From positions 1 through 64,000 of the forward strand of contig JBEKHC010000010.1 of the NCBI GenBank assembly GCA_050012475.1: a DNA stretch of 64,000 bases, written 5' to 3'. Position 1 is the first letter of the stretch; each line of letters begins with the position of its first letter. The notes beneath the pieces are model-generated. The model was given only the letters and a program-made list of their open reading frames with translations. It made no database searches and was not told the origin of the DNA. Positions 31,454 to 41,321 of this stretch are shown here, in pieces. The stretch comes from Candidatus Velthaea sp. GTDB lineage: Bacteria > Vulcanimicrobiota > Vulcanimicrobiia > Vulcanimicrobiales > Vulcanimicrobiaceae. A program made the position numbers and the translations under genes.

Positions 31454-31806
31454 TAGTGCTTGGACGTCGTCGAGCGCACGAACGACGACAGGATGAACGA
31501 CACGATGCTGAGCACCAGCGCGCCGATGAACGCGGCGCCGAAGTTATCGACCCGTAAGCCGATCCCCAGTTTCGCGACGAGATAAAACAGCGCGGCGTTG
31601 ATGACGAGCGTGAACAGGCCGAGGGTCAGAATCTCCAGCGGCAAGCTCAAGATGATGAGGATCGGCTTGAGCACGGCGTTGACGATGCCCAAGATGAGCG
31701 CGGCGAGCAGCGCCGCCCCGATGCCCGACACGTGCACGCCGGGAATGAGGTATTCGACGAGCAGCAAGGCGATGGCGTTGATGACGAGCCGGACGAGTAA
31801 ACCCAT
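31453..31806 (-). CDS. 4-TMS membrane protein (YvlD/'phage holin family 4')
   Basis: LGIVNAVLKPIL..LSLP..ILTLGLF..VINA. Confidence 0.88.
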   Translation of the reverse strand: MGLLVRLVINAIALLLVEYLIPGVHVSGIGAALLAALILGIVNAVLKPILIILSLPLEILTLGLFTLVINAALFYLVAKLGIGLRVDNFGAAFIGALVLSIVSFILSSFVRSTTSKH

Positions 31807-31881
31807 GATGCCCGCGATTTTCTCGCCGCCCGGGCTTCGTCCCCCGCGGATCGCTGCGGATGCGAGTTCGCGGTTCGCGCG

Positions 31882-33906
31882 TTAGGCGTTGAGCGCGGTT
31901 TTGATGTGAGACGCCAAGGCCGGCGACACGCCTTTGACCGCCGCGATTTCATCGACGCTCGCGCGCCGAATCGCGCCGACCGAGCCGAACGCGGTCATCA
32001 GGCGTTTTTTGCGCACGGCACCGACGCCCCCGAGCGTATCGAGGACCGACTTGGTCATGGCTTTCCCACGCCGCTGCCGATGGTACGTGACGGCGAAGCG
32101 ATGGGCTTCGTCGCGCACGCGCATCACCAGATGCAGGCCCGCCGAGTTGGGCGGCAGCACGATCGGATCGGGGTTGCCCGGAACGTAGAGCCACTCGTTT
32201 TCTTTCGCTAAACCGGCCACCGGGATGCCCCACATGTCCAATTCGTGCAGCACCTCCACGACCGCGTTGAGCTGGCCTTTGCCGCCGTCGATGAGCAGCA
32301 GGTCGGGCTTGTAATGAAAGCGTTCTTTGCGCGCGGCCTGAACTTCCATCGCCGCGGCGGCGGCATCGCCTTCACCGATCGGCGGGCGATCGGCGTCGTG
32401 ACGCAAGTAGCGCAAACGCCGCCGCAACGTCTCTTGCATCATCGCAAAATCGTTGGGCCCCTTATCGTATTGAATTTTGAAGTGCCGGTAGTCGCTTTTC
32501 TTTGCCCGGCCTTCGACGAAGACGACCATCGAGCTGACCGAGTTCGTGCCCTGGATGTTGGAGATGTCGTAACACTCGATGCGGTGCGGCGGTCCGGGCA
32601 AATCGAGCGCGGCCGCCAGTTCGCCGAGCGCATTGGCCGAGGCGCTTTCGGTCGCTTCCTGGTGCATGAGAAACGCTTTGAGATTCTGTTCGGCGTTTTG
32701 CTGGACGAGGCGCATGTAGTCGGCGCGGCCGCCGCGCTGCGGACGCAAGATGCGCACCCGCTGGCCCTTGAGTTCGGTCAGCCACTGCTCGATCACGGTC
32801 CGGTCGGCGGGCAGCGCTTCGATCGAGATCTCTTTGGGGATCGCGGCAGCGCCGGCAAGCGAACGGCGATGCCGTGTCCGCTCGCGCAGCGCAACCGGCG
32901 CTTCTTGTTCGCGCGCCGAGCGCAGCGCGAGCGGACTGCCCAGCAGCTCGGCGTCGATCTCAGTCCCGGCTCCCGTGTTTCCGCTGCGCGCGGTGTAAAA
33001 TTGTTTGAGAAACTCCGAGAACAATTCGGCGGCGGGCACGTCGCCCGTTCCGTCGAGGATGAAGTGTTCTTGGCCCAACAGCTTGCCGCCGCGCACCATG
33101 AACACTTGCATGCAGGCTTGCCCCTGGGCGCGCGCGACCGCAATCAAATCCATGTCGATCCGCGAACGCCAGACGACCTTCTGCGCCTCGGTCACGCGGC
33201 GAACGGCAATGATGCGGTCCCGCAGCCGGGCCGCCGCCTCGAAGTTGAAGTGTTCGGCGGCATCTGACATCTCGCTTTGCAGCCGCAAGATCAGCGCGTC
33301 TTGCTGGCCTTCCAAGAACAGCACGACTTCATCGACGAGCCGATCGTACTCGGCCTCGGATTGATAGCCGACACAGGGCGCCAAACAGCGCTTGATGTGA
33401 TACTGCAGGCAGGGCCGTCTGCGTTTACCGTCGATCGGTTCGCGGCACGTCCGCAGCGGGAACACGATGCGCACCAGATCGATGAGTTCGCGCAAACCGT
33501 GAGCGTTGGTGTACGGCCCGAAATACCGCGCACCGTCGTCTCTGAGCGTGCGGGTAAAAATCACCCGCGGAAACGGCTCGTTGGTGACCTTGAGATACGG
33601 GAAGCGCTTGTCGTCGCGCAGCCGGACGTTGAACGGCGGCTGATGCCGTTTGATGAGGTTGGCTTCGAGGATGAGCGATTCGATCTCGTTCGAAACGACG
33701 ATCGTGCGCACGTCGACGACCCGTTCGACCATCGACCGCGTGCGCGGCGGGTGAGCGGCCGAGTCCTGAAAATACGAGCGCACGCGGTTGCGCAGCGAGA
33801 CGGCTTTACCGATGTAGAGGATCCGGCCATCCTCGCCGACCATCATGTAGACGCCCGGCACGTCGGGCAATTGCGCCAACGTCCGTTCCAATCGGTTTTC
33901 GTGCAC
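31882..33906 (-). CDS. uvrC: Excinuclease ABC subunit C
   Basis: GIY-YIG (PGVY..YIGKA..LR.RV.SYF), UVR domain, ECYDISN, IDGGKGQ, RDEAHRFA, HhH. Confidence 0.97.
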   Translation of the reverse strand: MHENRLERTLAQLPDVPGVYMMVGEDGRILYIGKAVSLRNRVRSYFQDSAAHPPRTRSMVERVVDVRTIVVSNEIESLILEANLIKRHQPPFNVRLRDDKRFPYLKVTNEPFPRVIFTRTLRDDGARYFGPYTNAHGLRELIDLVRIVFPLRTCREPIDGKRRRPCLQYHIKRCLAPCVGYQSEAEYDRLVDEVVLFLEGQQDALILRLQSEMSDAAEHFNFEAAARLRDRIIAVRRVTEAQKVVWRSRIDMDLIAVARAQGQACMQVFMVRGGKLLGQEHFILDGTGDVPAAELFSEFLKQFYTARSGNTGAGTEIDAELLGSPLALRSAREQEAPVALRERTRHRRSLAGAAAIPKEISIEALPADRTVIEQWLTELKGQRVRILRPQRGGRADYMRLVQQNAEQNLKAFLMHQEATESASANALGELAAALDLPGPPHRIECYDISNIQGTNSVSSMVVFVEGRAKKSDYRHFKIQYDKGPNDFAMMQETLRRRLRYLRHDADRPPIGEGDAAAAAMEVQAARKERFHYKPDLLLIDGGKGQLNAVVEVLHELDMWGIPVAGLAKENEWLYVPGNPDPIVLPPNSAGLHLVMRVRDEAHRFAVTYHRQRRGKAMTKSVLDTLGGVGAVRKKRLMTAFGSVGAIRRASVDEIAAVKGVSPALASHIKTALNA

Positions 33907-33985
33907 GGTTCGCTATTCGCCGGCCGGAGCGGGTTTCCAGGCTCGCAGGGAGTCGCGTGCCGGTGGCCAAACGTCGGTGCCCGGT

Positions 33986-34426
33986 ATGGCAGCCTTTCGT
34001 TTTTCGCTGCAGCCAGTGCTCGAGCGGCGCACCCGGATCGAAACCGCGCAACGCGAGGTGTTGCTCGCCGCCGAGCGAGCCGCGGCGGGCGCGAGAGCCG
34101 AGCTGGTTGCGCTCGACCTGCGCCTGCACGGGTTGAGCCGCGCTTTCAGCGGCTCGTTCGCGGCGCTCGGCGCAAGCGACGTCCGCGGGTTGCTGCTCGA
34201 AATCGAGGTCGTCAAAACGTCCCTTGCCAAGCAGCGGCACGTCACCGACGCCGCCCGCGCGGCGGCGAGCAGGGCGCGCGATGCGTTCGGGGCCGCACGC
34301 GCCGAGCGCACGACGCTCGAAGCCGTACGGGACAGATGCTACGCGACGTTCCTAGCCGAGCAAGAGCTGCGCGAGGCGGCAGAATACGACGAGTCCAACG
34401 CCCGGCGCCGCATAATTTCGGCATAA
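33986..34426 (+). CDS. fliJ: FliJ-like export chaperone/stalk
   Basis: FRFSLQPVLE.R N-terminus, coiled coil, E....DE C-terminus. Confidence 0.8.
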   Translation: MAAFRFSLQPVLERRTRIETAQREVLLAAERAAAGARAELVALDLRLHGLSRAFSGSFAALGASDVRGLLLEIEVVKTSLAKQRHVTDAARAAASRARDAFGAARAERTTLEAVRDRCYATFLAEQELREAAEYDESNARRRIISA

Positions 34427-34469
34427 TCCGCGCACGGTCGGCCCATATTCGGCCGCTACGCTGTGCGGC

Positions 34470-34697
34470 ATGATGAATCTGACCGGCAACCTCGAATCGG
34501 CCGCGCTCGCCGGACGCGACGGCCTAAGCGCCGACGCAGCGGGCACCGCGCGCTCGATGACGGGGCCGTCTGCGCAACGCGATTTCGAGGCCCCGATGGC
34601 GCAGGCCGCGCGGCATGAGCTATTTACCGAAGCGTTGCTTTCGGCCGCCCACGCGCGGCTCGAAGAACTCAAGACCGCGGCCATGAACGGCCGATGA
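34470..34697 (+). CDS. Very short FlgB-like proximal rod protein
   Basis: C-terminal DFE..MA..A...L...AL......L..LKTA resembles FlgB; directly upstream of flgC. Confidence 0.6.
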   Translation: MMNLTGNLESAALAGRDGLSADAAGTARSMTGPSAQRDFEAPMAQAARHELFTEALLSAAHARLEELKTAAMNGR

Positions 34698-35104
34698 CCG
34701 ACTTTGCCATCCTCGGCGCCGCGTCGAGCGGGATGCAAGCGCAACGCGCGGCGATGGATATTGCCGCGCGCAATGTCGCGCTGGCACAAACCGGCGACGC
34801 CCGGCATCCGGCGCATGGACTCGTGCCCGATTTCGCGACCGTTCTTTCCGCTTCCAGCGCGCCCGAAGGCCCGGAGGACGCCGACGTCACGGCTCTCGAG
34901 GCGCAACTTTCCGACTCCGGCGACGACGCGAACGCCGGCGCAGTGGTTGCAATCAGCGGAGCCCACGTCGGCTCCGCGCCGCTCGATTCAATTACGGAGA
35001 TGATCAACGTCTTGGATTCACAACGCGCGTACGAAGCCAACGCGTCGATCTTCGACATCGGTAAACGCTTGTCGGAACGCACGATCGACATGGGGCGGCT
35101 GTGA
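34694..35104 (+). CDS. flgC: Basal-body rod protein FlgC-like
   Basis: ASSGM.AQR..MDIAARNVA; EMINV..SQRAYEAN. Confidence 0.85.
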   Translation: MTDFAILGAASSGMQAQRAAMDIAARNVALAQTGDARHPAHGLVPDFATVLSASSAPEGPEDADVTALEAQLSDSGDDANAGAVVAISGAHVGSAPLDSITEMINVLDSQRAYEANASIFDIGKRLSERTIDMGRL

Positions 35105-35409
35105 CCATCACGCCGCTGGACGCTATCGCAGAAAGCCCCGCTGCGACGGCGCTGGAGCCTGACATCTCGCGCGCATCCGGCAACGATGCGGCGACCTTCG
35201 GATTTGGAAGTTTGGTCTCTGCGCTGCGGGCCGGCACGCAATCGCTGCAGCGTGCGGAGGGTGCCGAAAACGCCTTCATCGGCGGAACCGGCGGACTGCA
35301 AGAGCTGGTCTTCGAGCGCGCCAAGGCCGACATCGTCGTCTCGATCGCGACGGCGGCTTCCTCGCGCGTGACCCAATCGATCAACACCGTCACCCAAATG
35401 CAACTATAG
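35101..35409 (+). CDS. fliE: FliE-like protein
   Basis: G...LQELV....KAD........SRV.Q....V.QMQL. Confidence 0.82.
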   Translation: MTITPLDAIAESPAATALEPDISRASGNDAATFGFGSLVSALRAGTQSLQRAEGAENAFIGGTGGLQELVFERAKADIVVSIATAASSRVTQSINTVTQMQL

Positions 35410-35479
35410 TGAATTCGACTTCATCGAATCCCTCGCGTTCGGCCTCACGGCTGAGCCGCATCAGTGCCAGGCTCTGACG

Positions 35480-36994
35480 GTGCTCAACGGAACCGTGCCA
35501 CGCCGCTGGCAAGATCTTTCGCGCTCCGCGCAGATCGGGTCGCTGGCGCTCGTCGCGATCGTGCTGATCGGACTGGCGGCCTTCTTCTTCACCCGCGATA
35601 CGCAAACGGGACTCTTCGCGCGTCCGCTGCTGCCCGAGCAGCTCGCCGACGTCGAGACCCGACTGGCGGCCTGGAATGTGCCGTTCTCCGCGACGAGCGA
35701 CAACGTTCGCGTTCTGAGCGCTCAGAAAAACGAAACGCTCTTGCGCCTGTCGCTCGCGGGCGTGCCGCGCCTGCACATCGCGGATTCGAGTGAAACGCTG
35801 GCCAAAGTCGGCGCGCTGACCCCGCAATCGGTCCTCGAAGCGCAGACGCGCGACGGACTTGCCGGCGACCTTGCGCTGGGCTTGCGCGACATCACCGGCA
35901 TTTCCGACGCGCGCGTCATCATCGCGCCCGCAACGCCGGGCTACTTCGCCGACGAAACGGCGCATGAAGCCAGCGCCAGCGTTCAACTCGTGCGCGCGCC
36001 GAGCGCCCAGCTGTCGCCCGAAACCATCGGCGGGATCAAGGCGTTCGTGGCCGCCGGCGTGCCGGGGCTGGACCCGGCGCACGTCGCGGTCGTCGACGAC
36101 CGCGGGGTCGCGCTGAGCGGCACCGCGTGGACTGGTGAAGGCGAAGCGCAGCAATTGCAGGCGTCCATTCAGTCGGCGCTCGATCAGGCGCTGGGGAATG
36201 GCCGGGCGATCGTCCGCGCCCACGTCGACGTCGATCCAACCACAAGCACGCAACACGAAACGAAGCGCACGCCGGTGACGGCCAAACCGATCGCCGGGCA
36301 AACGACTGACGAACACTACACGAGCGACAAGAAACGCTACTCGAAAATTCAATCGTCGACCGACCGCGGCAGCGACGTCGTGGTCACCGATAAGAGCAGT
36401 GCCGCCGGGCGTCCGCAGCGCGTCTCGATCGCGGTGTTTCTCGATCGGCCGCTGGCTTCGGAGATCCCGCTCATTCGCTCGCTGGTGGAAAGCGCCGGCG
36501 GATTGAATTATGCGCGCGGCGACAGCCTCAGCGTGCAGCCCATCGCGCTCGCGACTGCCCCGCAAACGGCGCCGATTCGCACGGTCCCGCCGGCCCAAGC
36601 CGTGCTCGCGACGTTCGTGCCGCTCCTGCCGCCGACGATCTGGATCCTCGCGCTCGGCGGGCTGCTGGTCGTGTTCGCGCGCCCGCTCAAGCGGCTGCTC
36701 GCCGATTTGGGCCCGGGCGTTCCCGCTGCCGCACCGACGCTCGCTGCCATGTCCGTGCCGGGGCCGGCAAGCGCAGCAACGCTCCCCCCTGTCTCGCCCG
36801 ACGCGATCTTCCGCGCGCTGGCCGACGAGCCGCCGCACACCGCGGCAACCGTGATCGCCGGATTGTCGACACCGGATGCGGCCGCCGTGCTCGACTTGTA
36901 TCCGGCCGACGCGCGGCGCGAAATCATCAGCCGGCTGGCGCGCCCGCGGACGCCGTTGGCCAACGACGTGTCGGGCGCCGTCGGCCATGGCTGA
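35480..36994 (+). CDS. fliF: MS-ring protein FliF with C-terminal FliG middle-domain-like extension
   Basis: TM, ARVII, ASASVQL, VAAGVPGL....VAVVD.RG, RVSIAVFLD, RGDSLSV, second TM, then LADEPPHTAATVIAGL...AAAVL..YP...RREII.RLA. Confidence 0.88.
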   Translation: MLNGTVPRRWQDLSRSAQIGSLALVAIVLIGLAAFFFTRDTQTGLFARPLLPEQLADVETRLAAWNVPFSATSDNVRVLSAQKNETLLRLSLAGVPRLHIADSSETLAKVGALTPQSVLEAQTRDGLAGDLALGLRDITGISDARVIIAPATPGYFADETAHEASASVQLVRAPSAQLSPETIGGIKAFVAAGVPGLDPAHVAVVDDRGVALSGTAWTGEGEAQQLQASIQSALDQALGNGRAIVRAHVDVDPTTSTQHETKRTPVTAKPIAGQTTDEHYTSDKKRYSKIQSSTDRGSDVVVTDKSSAAGRPQRVSIAVFLDRPLASEIPLIRSLVESAGGLNYARGDSLSVQPIALATAPQTAPIRTVPPAQAVLATFVPLLPPTIWILALGGLLVVFARPLKRLLADLGPGVPAAAPTLAAMSVPGPASAATLPPVSPDAIFRALADEPPHTAATVIAGLSTPDAAAVLDLYPADARREIISRLARPRTPLANDVSGAVGHG

Positions 36995-37490
36995 AGCTTT
37001 TCGCAGCTTTGCCGCACTGCTGCTCGGCCGCGACGAGGCCAACGCCGAGCCGCCGGGCCCGCCCGAATCCGAACCGGCCGTCATTACCGAACCATGCCGC
37101 GAAACCGACCCGCGGGTAGCCGATCTGCTGGCTGGGTTCACCGTCGAACTGAACCGGTTGACGGCGCGCGCCGCCGAACTGTTGGAGGAGCAGGCCGAAG
37201 CCGCACTCGCCGATCTCGCACGACGCGTGTTGGGACGGGAATTCGCTTCCTCGCCGGCCGAGATCGCAGCGCTGCTGGCCGAAACGCTCGCGGAGTTCGG
37301 CGTCACGCGGCCGCTCGCCGTACGCGTTTCGAGCGCCGACGCGCAGCACGTCGTTTCGCCCTGGCGCGTACAGATCGACCCGAGCCTTTCCGCCGGTGAT
37401 TTCGCGGTCGACGTCGAGGACGGCAGCTACGATCTCAACGTCCAGACCCGGCTGGATGCGCTGCTCGCGGCGCACCGGATCGCGCTGTGA
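36987..37490 (+). CDS. fliH: FliH/SctL-like ATPase stator
   Basis: LARRVLGRE, VRVS..D, DPSL..GD..V, RL; lies between fliF and the ATPase. Confidence 0.75.
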   Translation: MAEAFRSFAALLLGRDEANAEPPGPPESEPAVITEPCRETDPRVADLLAGFTVELNRLTARAAELLEEQAEAALADLARRVLGREFASSPAEIAALLAETLAEFGVTRPLAVRVSSADAQHVVSPWRVQIDPSLSAGDFAVDVEDGSYDLNVQTRLDALLAAHRIAL

Positions 37491-38761
37491 GCTTTGCTGC
37501 CCGGCGCGGCCGGGTTCTCGCCGCGCTGGGCGAGAGCGTGATCGCCCAGCTGCCCGGGGCGCGTGTCGGCGAAGCGGTCACGATCCGGGTCGGCGCGGCG
37601 CCGCGCGTTCCCGCGACCGTAACGCGCGTCGATGCCGCACGCGTTGAACTGCGGCCGCACACGTCGGTCGCCGGCGTCGGCGTGGGCGACGAAGTGGTGA
37701 CCGACCCGCTGGCCACGACTTTGCCGCTCGGGATGCGGCTGCTCGGGCGCGCGATCGATTCGGCCGGCTGCGCTCTCGACGCCAAAGGCAGCGTGCGCGG
37801 GCGCCGGAGCGCCGTCATCGATCCGCCGATCGATGCCGGTCAACGCGGTCCGGTCGAGCGGCCGTTTTGGACCGGCGTCAAAGCCATCGACGGGCTGATG
37901 ACGATCGGCCGCGGCGCGCGTGTCGGCATTTTCGGCGGCCCGGCGACCGGAAAATCGCTGCTCGTCGAAGCGCTGGTGCGCGGCGCCGGCGCCGACGCCG
38001 TGGTCGTCGGGCTGATCGGCGAGCGCGGCGCAGAAGCGGCGGCCTGGATGCAGCGCATCTCGCCGCACGCCACGATCGTGTGTTCGCCCAGCGATCGTTC
38101 CCCCAGCGAGCGCGTGCGCGCGGCGCACGTCGCGCTCGCGCAAGCATCGCAATTGCGCCGGCGCGGACTCAACGTGCTCGTCGTGCTCGACAGCCTGGCG
38201 CGCTTCGCGCTGGCCGCGCGTGAGATTGCGCTGCGCAACGGTGAAGCCGTCGGCCGCGGCGGCTATCCGCCCAGCGTCTTCGCCGAGATGACGCGGCTGC
38301 TGGAACGCGGCGGAAACGTGGGCGGCGGCAGCATCACGCTCGTGGCGACCGTGCTGTCCGACGGGCCGGACGACCGCGAACCCTTGAGCGACGGGGCTCG
38401 CGCAGCCCTCGACGGACACATCGTGCTGTCGGCCAAACTCGCGCGTCGCGGGCTCTTTCCCGCCATCGACGTGGCCGCCAGCGCGAGCCGCACGATGGAC
38501 GCCGCGGTAAGCGCCGGGCATCGGCGCAGCGCGCGGATCGTGCGGCGAGCAATCGCGGCGCTCGACGCCACCCGTGAACTGCGCGACCTCGGTTTCAGCC
38601 ATACCGACCGTCATCTCGAACGCGCCGTCGCGCTGCAAGAACGCATCGAAGCCTTCATCCACGACGGTCGGCGCACATCCGGCTCCGCCGAAATGCTGGC
38701 CGAGCTGCGCGCGCTCGCCGAACAACTGGATCTCGACGGACTCGAAGCGGTGTCTTTTTGA
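37487..38761 (+). CDS. fliI: Type III export ATPase FliI/SctN
   Basis: TGVKAIDG..TIGRG.RVGIFG, GKS, LIGERG, DSLARFA.A.REI, GYPPSVF, LDGHIVLS. Confidence 0.94.
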   Translation: MSFAARRGRVLAALGESVIAQLPGARVGEAVTIRVGAAPRVPATVTRVDAARVELRPHTSVAGVGVGDEVVTDPLATTLPLGMRLLGRAIDSAGCALDAKGSVRGRRSAVIDPPIDAGQRGPVERPFWTGVKAIDGLMTIGRGARVGIFGGPATGKSLLVEALVRGAGADAVVVGLIGERGAEAAAWMQRISPHATIVCSPSDRSPSERVRAAHVALAQASQLRRRGLNVLVVLDSLARFALAAREIALRNGEAVGRGGYPPSVFAEMTRLLERGGNVGGGSITLVATVLSDGPDDREPLSDGARAALDGHIVLSAKLARRGLFPAIDVAASASRTMDAAVSAGHRRSARIVRRAIAALDATRELRDLGFSHTDRHLERAVALQERIEAFIHDGRRTSGSAEMLAELRALAEQLDLDGLEAVSF

Positions 38762-39369
38762 TAGCGCTCGCCGATGTCGCCGCCGTCGAACGCCGCGTCG
38801 CTCAACTCGCCGACGGCGAACGTCCGCCCATCGATCGCACGTCCGGCGGCGCCGCGTTTTCAGCACTGTTGGCTGCTGGGGGCGCCGCGCCCGACGGCAC
38901 GCCGCCCGCGCCGCCGCCGCGTTCGATCCCCTTCGCCGAACTCGAGCGAACGATCGCGCAGGCGTCGGCGGCGAACGGGGTCGATCCCGCGCTGGTCAAA
39001 GCCGTCATTGCGAACGAAAGCGGCTTCGACGCTGGCGCAACGTCGAGCGCCGGCGCGCAAGGACTCATGCAGCTCATGCCCGGCACGGCGGCGAGTGAGG
39101 GCGTCGCCGACGCGTACGATCCGCGCCAGAATGTCGCCGGCGGAACGCACTATCTCCGTGGTTTGCTCGAACGTTTCCACGGCAATGTCGCGCTCGCGCT
39201 CGCGGGCTACAACGCTGGGCCGGGGGCGGTCGAGCGCGGCGCCATCGGAACCGAAACGCAAAACTACGTGCATTCGGTGCTCGCTTCGTACGCGGCGCTC
39301 CGTGCCTCCGCAAAGCCGGACGCCGACGCCGTTTCGCCGGACGCTGTTGCCGCAACGCCGATTGGATAG
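38758..39369 (+). CDS. Lytic transglycosylase (SLT domain)
   Basis: VIANESGF, GAQGLMQLMP.TA, AGYNAG, ETQNYV. Confidence 0.93.
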   Translation: MIALADVAAVERRVAQLADGERPPIDRTSGGAAFSALLAAGGAAPDGTPPAPPPRSIPFAELERTIAQASAANGVDPALVKAVIANESGFDAGATSSAGAQGLMQLMPGTAASEGVADAYDPRQNVAGGTHYLRGLLERFHGNVALALAGYNAGPGAVERGAIGTETQNYVHSVLASYAALRASAKPDADAVSPDAVAATPIG

Positions 39370-39511
39370 CCGAACGGCTTCCGCAACGGCCCGAGGGGTG
39401 GGCTGCCCGTTCGCCGGAATGGACTCGAGGCCTCAACCGCCGCCGATCTGAAGCTCGAAGCAGCCCAGCTCGAGCGCGAGGCCGGTTGCCGGTTGCGCCC
39501 GGCGGTGAGCC

Positions 39512-39763
39512 GATGAGATTGCGCACGACTGGGAATCGTACTTCGATGTTCCTGATGGCCGAAGCTTCGAGGGACATTGGGTCACGGTGGAGCTCGGCGA
39601 GTCCGGCGGCGGATCGGTCTTGTCGCTTACAACGACAGCGATCCGCGAGCGCGCCGAGCGTGACGCGGCCGACAGCTATTGGCTCGATAAACTCTTCAAG
39701 CTCTATTGGGCGCTGCAATCCGATCGTTCAGGTGCGTTGTCGCCGACAGCTAGAATTGAATAG
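39512..39763 (+). pseudogene. Start-less open frame, possibly an SRPBCC-like C-terminal fragment
   Basis: Frame reads DEIAHDWESYF...WVTVELGESGGGSVLSLT...YWLDKLFKL; an in-frame TGA lies just upstream. Confidence 0.35.
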
Positions 39764-40121
39764 CACACAGGCGTGGCGCGGCTGGGACCGGATAAAGTTT
39801 CGCTTCGATAAAGTACGTAACTACCATAATACCGACAAAAACTATCGTCACGAGCATCCATCTTGATGCACTTGCACGAAGAGATGCAACGAGCGGAAGT
39901 CCAAATAGCACGCCCGGAAGCCAAATTATCGCACCGAGTGTAACTTCGCTGACAATGAGCAACTCATTGAATGAACCTTCTCCGCAGTCGTGATAATGCG
40001 CAAGCAGGGACAACGTCATCCAAACACATGCGCTCATAACGGTCACTAAAAATACCGCAAGGGCGGCATTTGGTGGCGGCTTCGAGCTCTTCTCGTCGTC
40101 CATGTCGTCCATGTCGTCCAT
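39750..40121 (-). CDS. Hypothetical 3-TM membrane protein, AT-richer than neighbours
   Basis: Three hydrophobic segments; a 9-bp tandem repeat gives MDDMDDMDD. Confidence 0.55.
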   Translation of the reverse strand: MDDMDDMDDEKSSKPPPNAALAVFLVTVMSACVWMTLSLLAHYHDCGEGSFNELLIVSEVTLGAIIWLPGVLFGLPLVASLRASASRWMLVTIVFVGIMVVTYFIEAKLYPVPAAPRLCAIQF

Positions 40122-40532
40122 GTCGTTGATTAAACTCTCGCCGTTTGGACCCGCTTCCCCTCGCGAATCTAATACTTTCTAGGCCAAGTCGGAGACGGTC
40201 ATCCGAATCTGACCGCCGGTAGGCGCGACGACACGACCGGCTCGAGCTGCATGCGCTCGCAACCACCGTCAAAGAGCACGATGCTGAACGTTGTACCGAG
40301 TTTGCTGCACTTGTGCCCTTATTGGGTATGTAGTGGGTGATCGGGAATCACACGGTGTCGCATAGCGGGAGGTACGTTCCTGGCGTGATCGCAGCTCTCG
40401 GACCAAACACAACGCGTCCGAGCAAGCAACGTTAGTGAGAAACTCCTTCTTCTTTTGCTCGTCTCAGGCGGATCAGATTGTCAAGTGGAACGATTGCTCC
40501 GGTATCGGATCATGGATACGGTTGCTTCGGGC

Positions 40533-41186
40533 CTAAGCGATCAAGATGGAGCTCTGCGTGCAATCGTCGGGCGGATACTCCGGCGCGTCGCCGTGCTCGC
40601 CCCTTTCGTCCGCTGGACGCCGGCACGGTTGTTCGTGCCGGCGCTTGCGGCGATCGAGGGTGTCCGGAGCCGGCGGTGTGAGCGCGTTGGCCACCAAGAT
40701 CGGCGGCGGCGTGTTGTCGGCATCCGGCGTAGCGGGAGGCAGCAAGCGCAGCGCCGCATCGCTGCCGTAGCGCTCGATGGAGGCGGCTAGACGACCGGCG
40801 GTCGCCGCAGCGAGTTCCGTCTTGCTGGGGGACGCGGCGCCGCGCGTCCGCCCACCGGCCGCAAGCTGCGCCAGTGTCAGCTGGGCGATGAACGCTTCCC
40901 GCACTTGGGTCGGAAGCGCCGCGATGACGGTCGCGAACGCCTCGCCATACCGTCGGAGCAACACTCCGACCGCGTTCGGCCCGTACTCCGGCATCGTTTG
41001 CAGCAACGCCGCGACGTGCGCGTAGGGAACGCCGAACGTCGTCGCCGGATCGCATGCGATGCTATCGGCGGCCGGCATCGGACCGGTAAAAGCCCCCAGC
41101 GCTGAATCGACTGGGGTTTCCGCTGCCGCAGCAACGCGAACCGCCGGCACCGGCGAAACGCCTGGTAAGGCATCGAATTCCCTCAT
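40533..41186 (-). CDS. Hypothetical protein inside the export cluster
   Basis: ATG at 41186 after GGAGGAGG; 217 aa. Confidence 0.65.
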   Translation of the reverse strand: MREFDALPGVSPVPAVRVAAAAETPVDSALGAFTGPMPAADSIACDPATTFGVPYAHVAALLQTMPEYGPNAVGVLLRRYGEAFATVIAALPTQVREAFIAQLTLAQLAAGGRTRGAASPSKTELAAATAGRLAASIERYGSDAALRLLPPATPDADNTPPPILVANALTPPAPDTLDRRKRRHEQPCRRPADERGEHGDAPEYPPDDCTQSSILIA

Positions 41187-41321
41187 CCGGCCTCCTCCGC
41201 TCCCCCGCAGCGCCCTTTCACGCGCACGGGGTGCTTTTTCAAGGGCCGGCGGCCTCGGACCGACGATTATTTTGCGCGCAGAGAACACATCGGACACATA
41301 AGCCGCCGCTACGCTTGCGAC

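Noticed and set aside
31453..31806. 'Phage holin' as evidence of a prophage
   Set aside because: This 4-TMS family is a common chromosomal neighbour of uvr genes, and no phage genes are nearby.
40098..40126. 9-bp tandem repeat as a phase-variation switch
   Set aside because: The unit is a multiple of 3 at the N-terminus, so copy-number change would not alter the frame.
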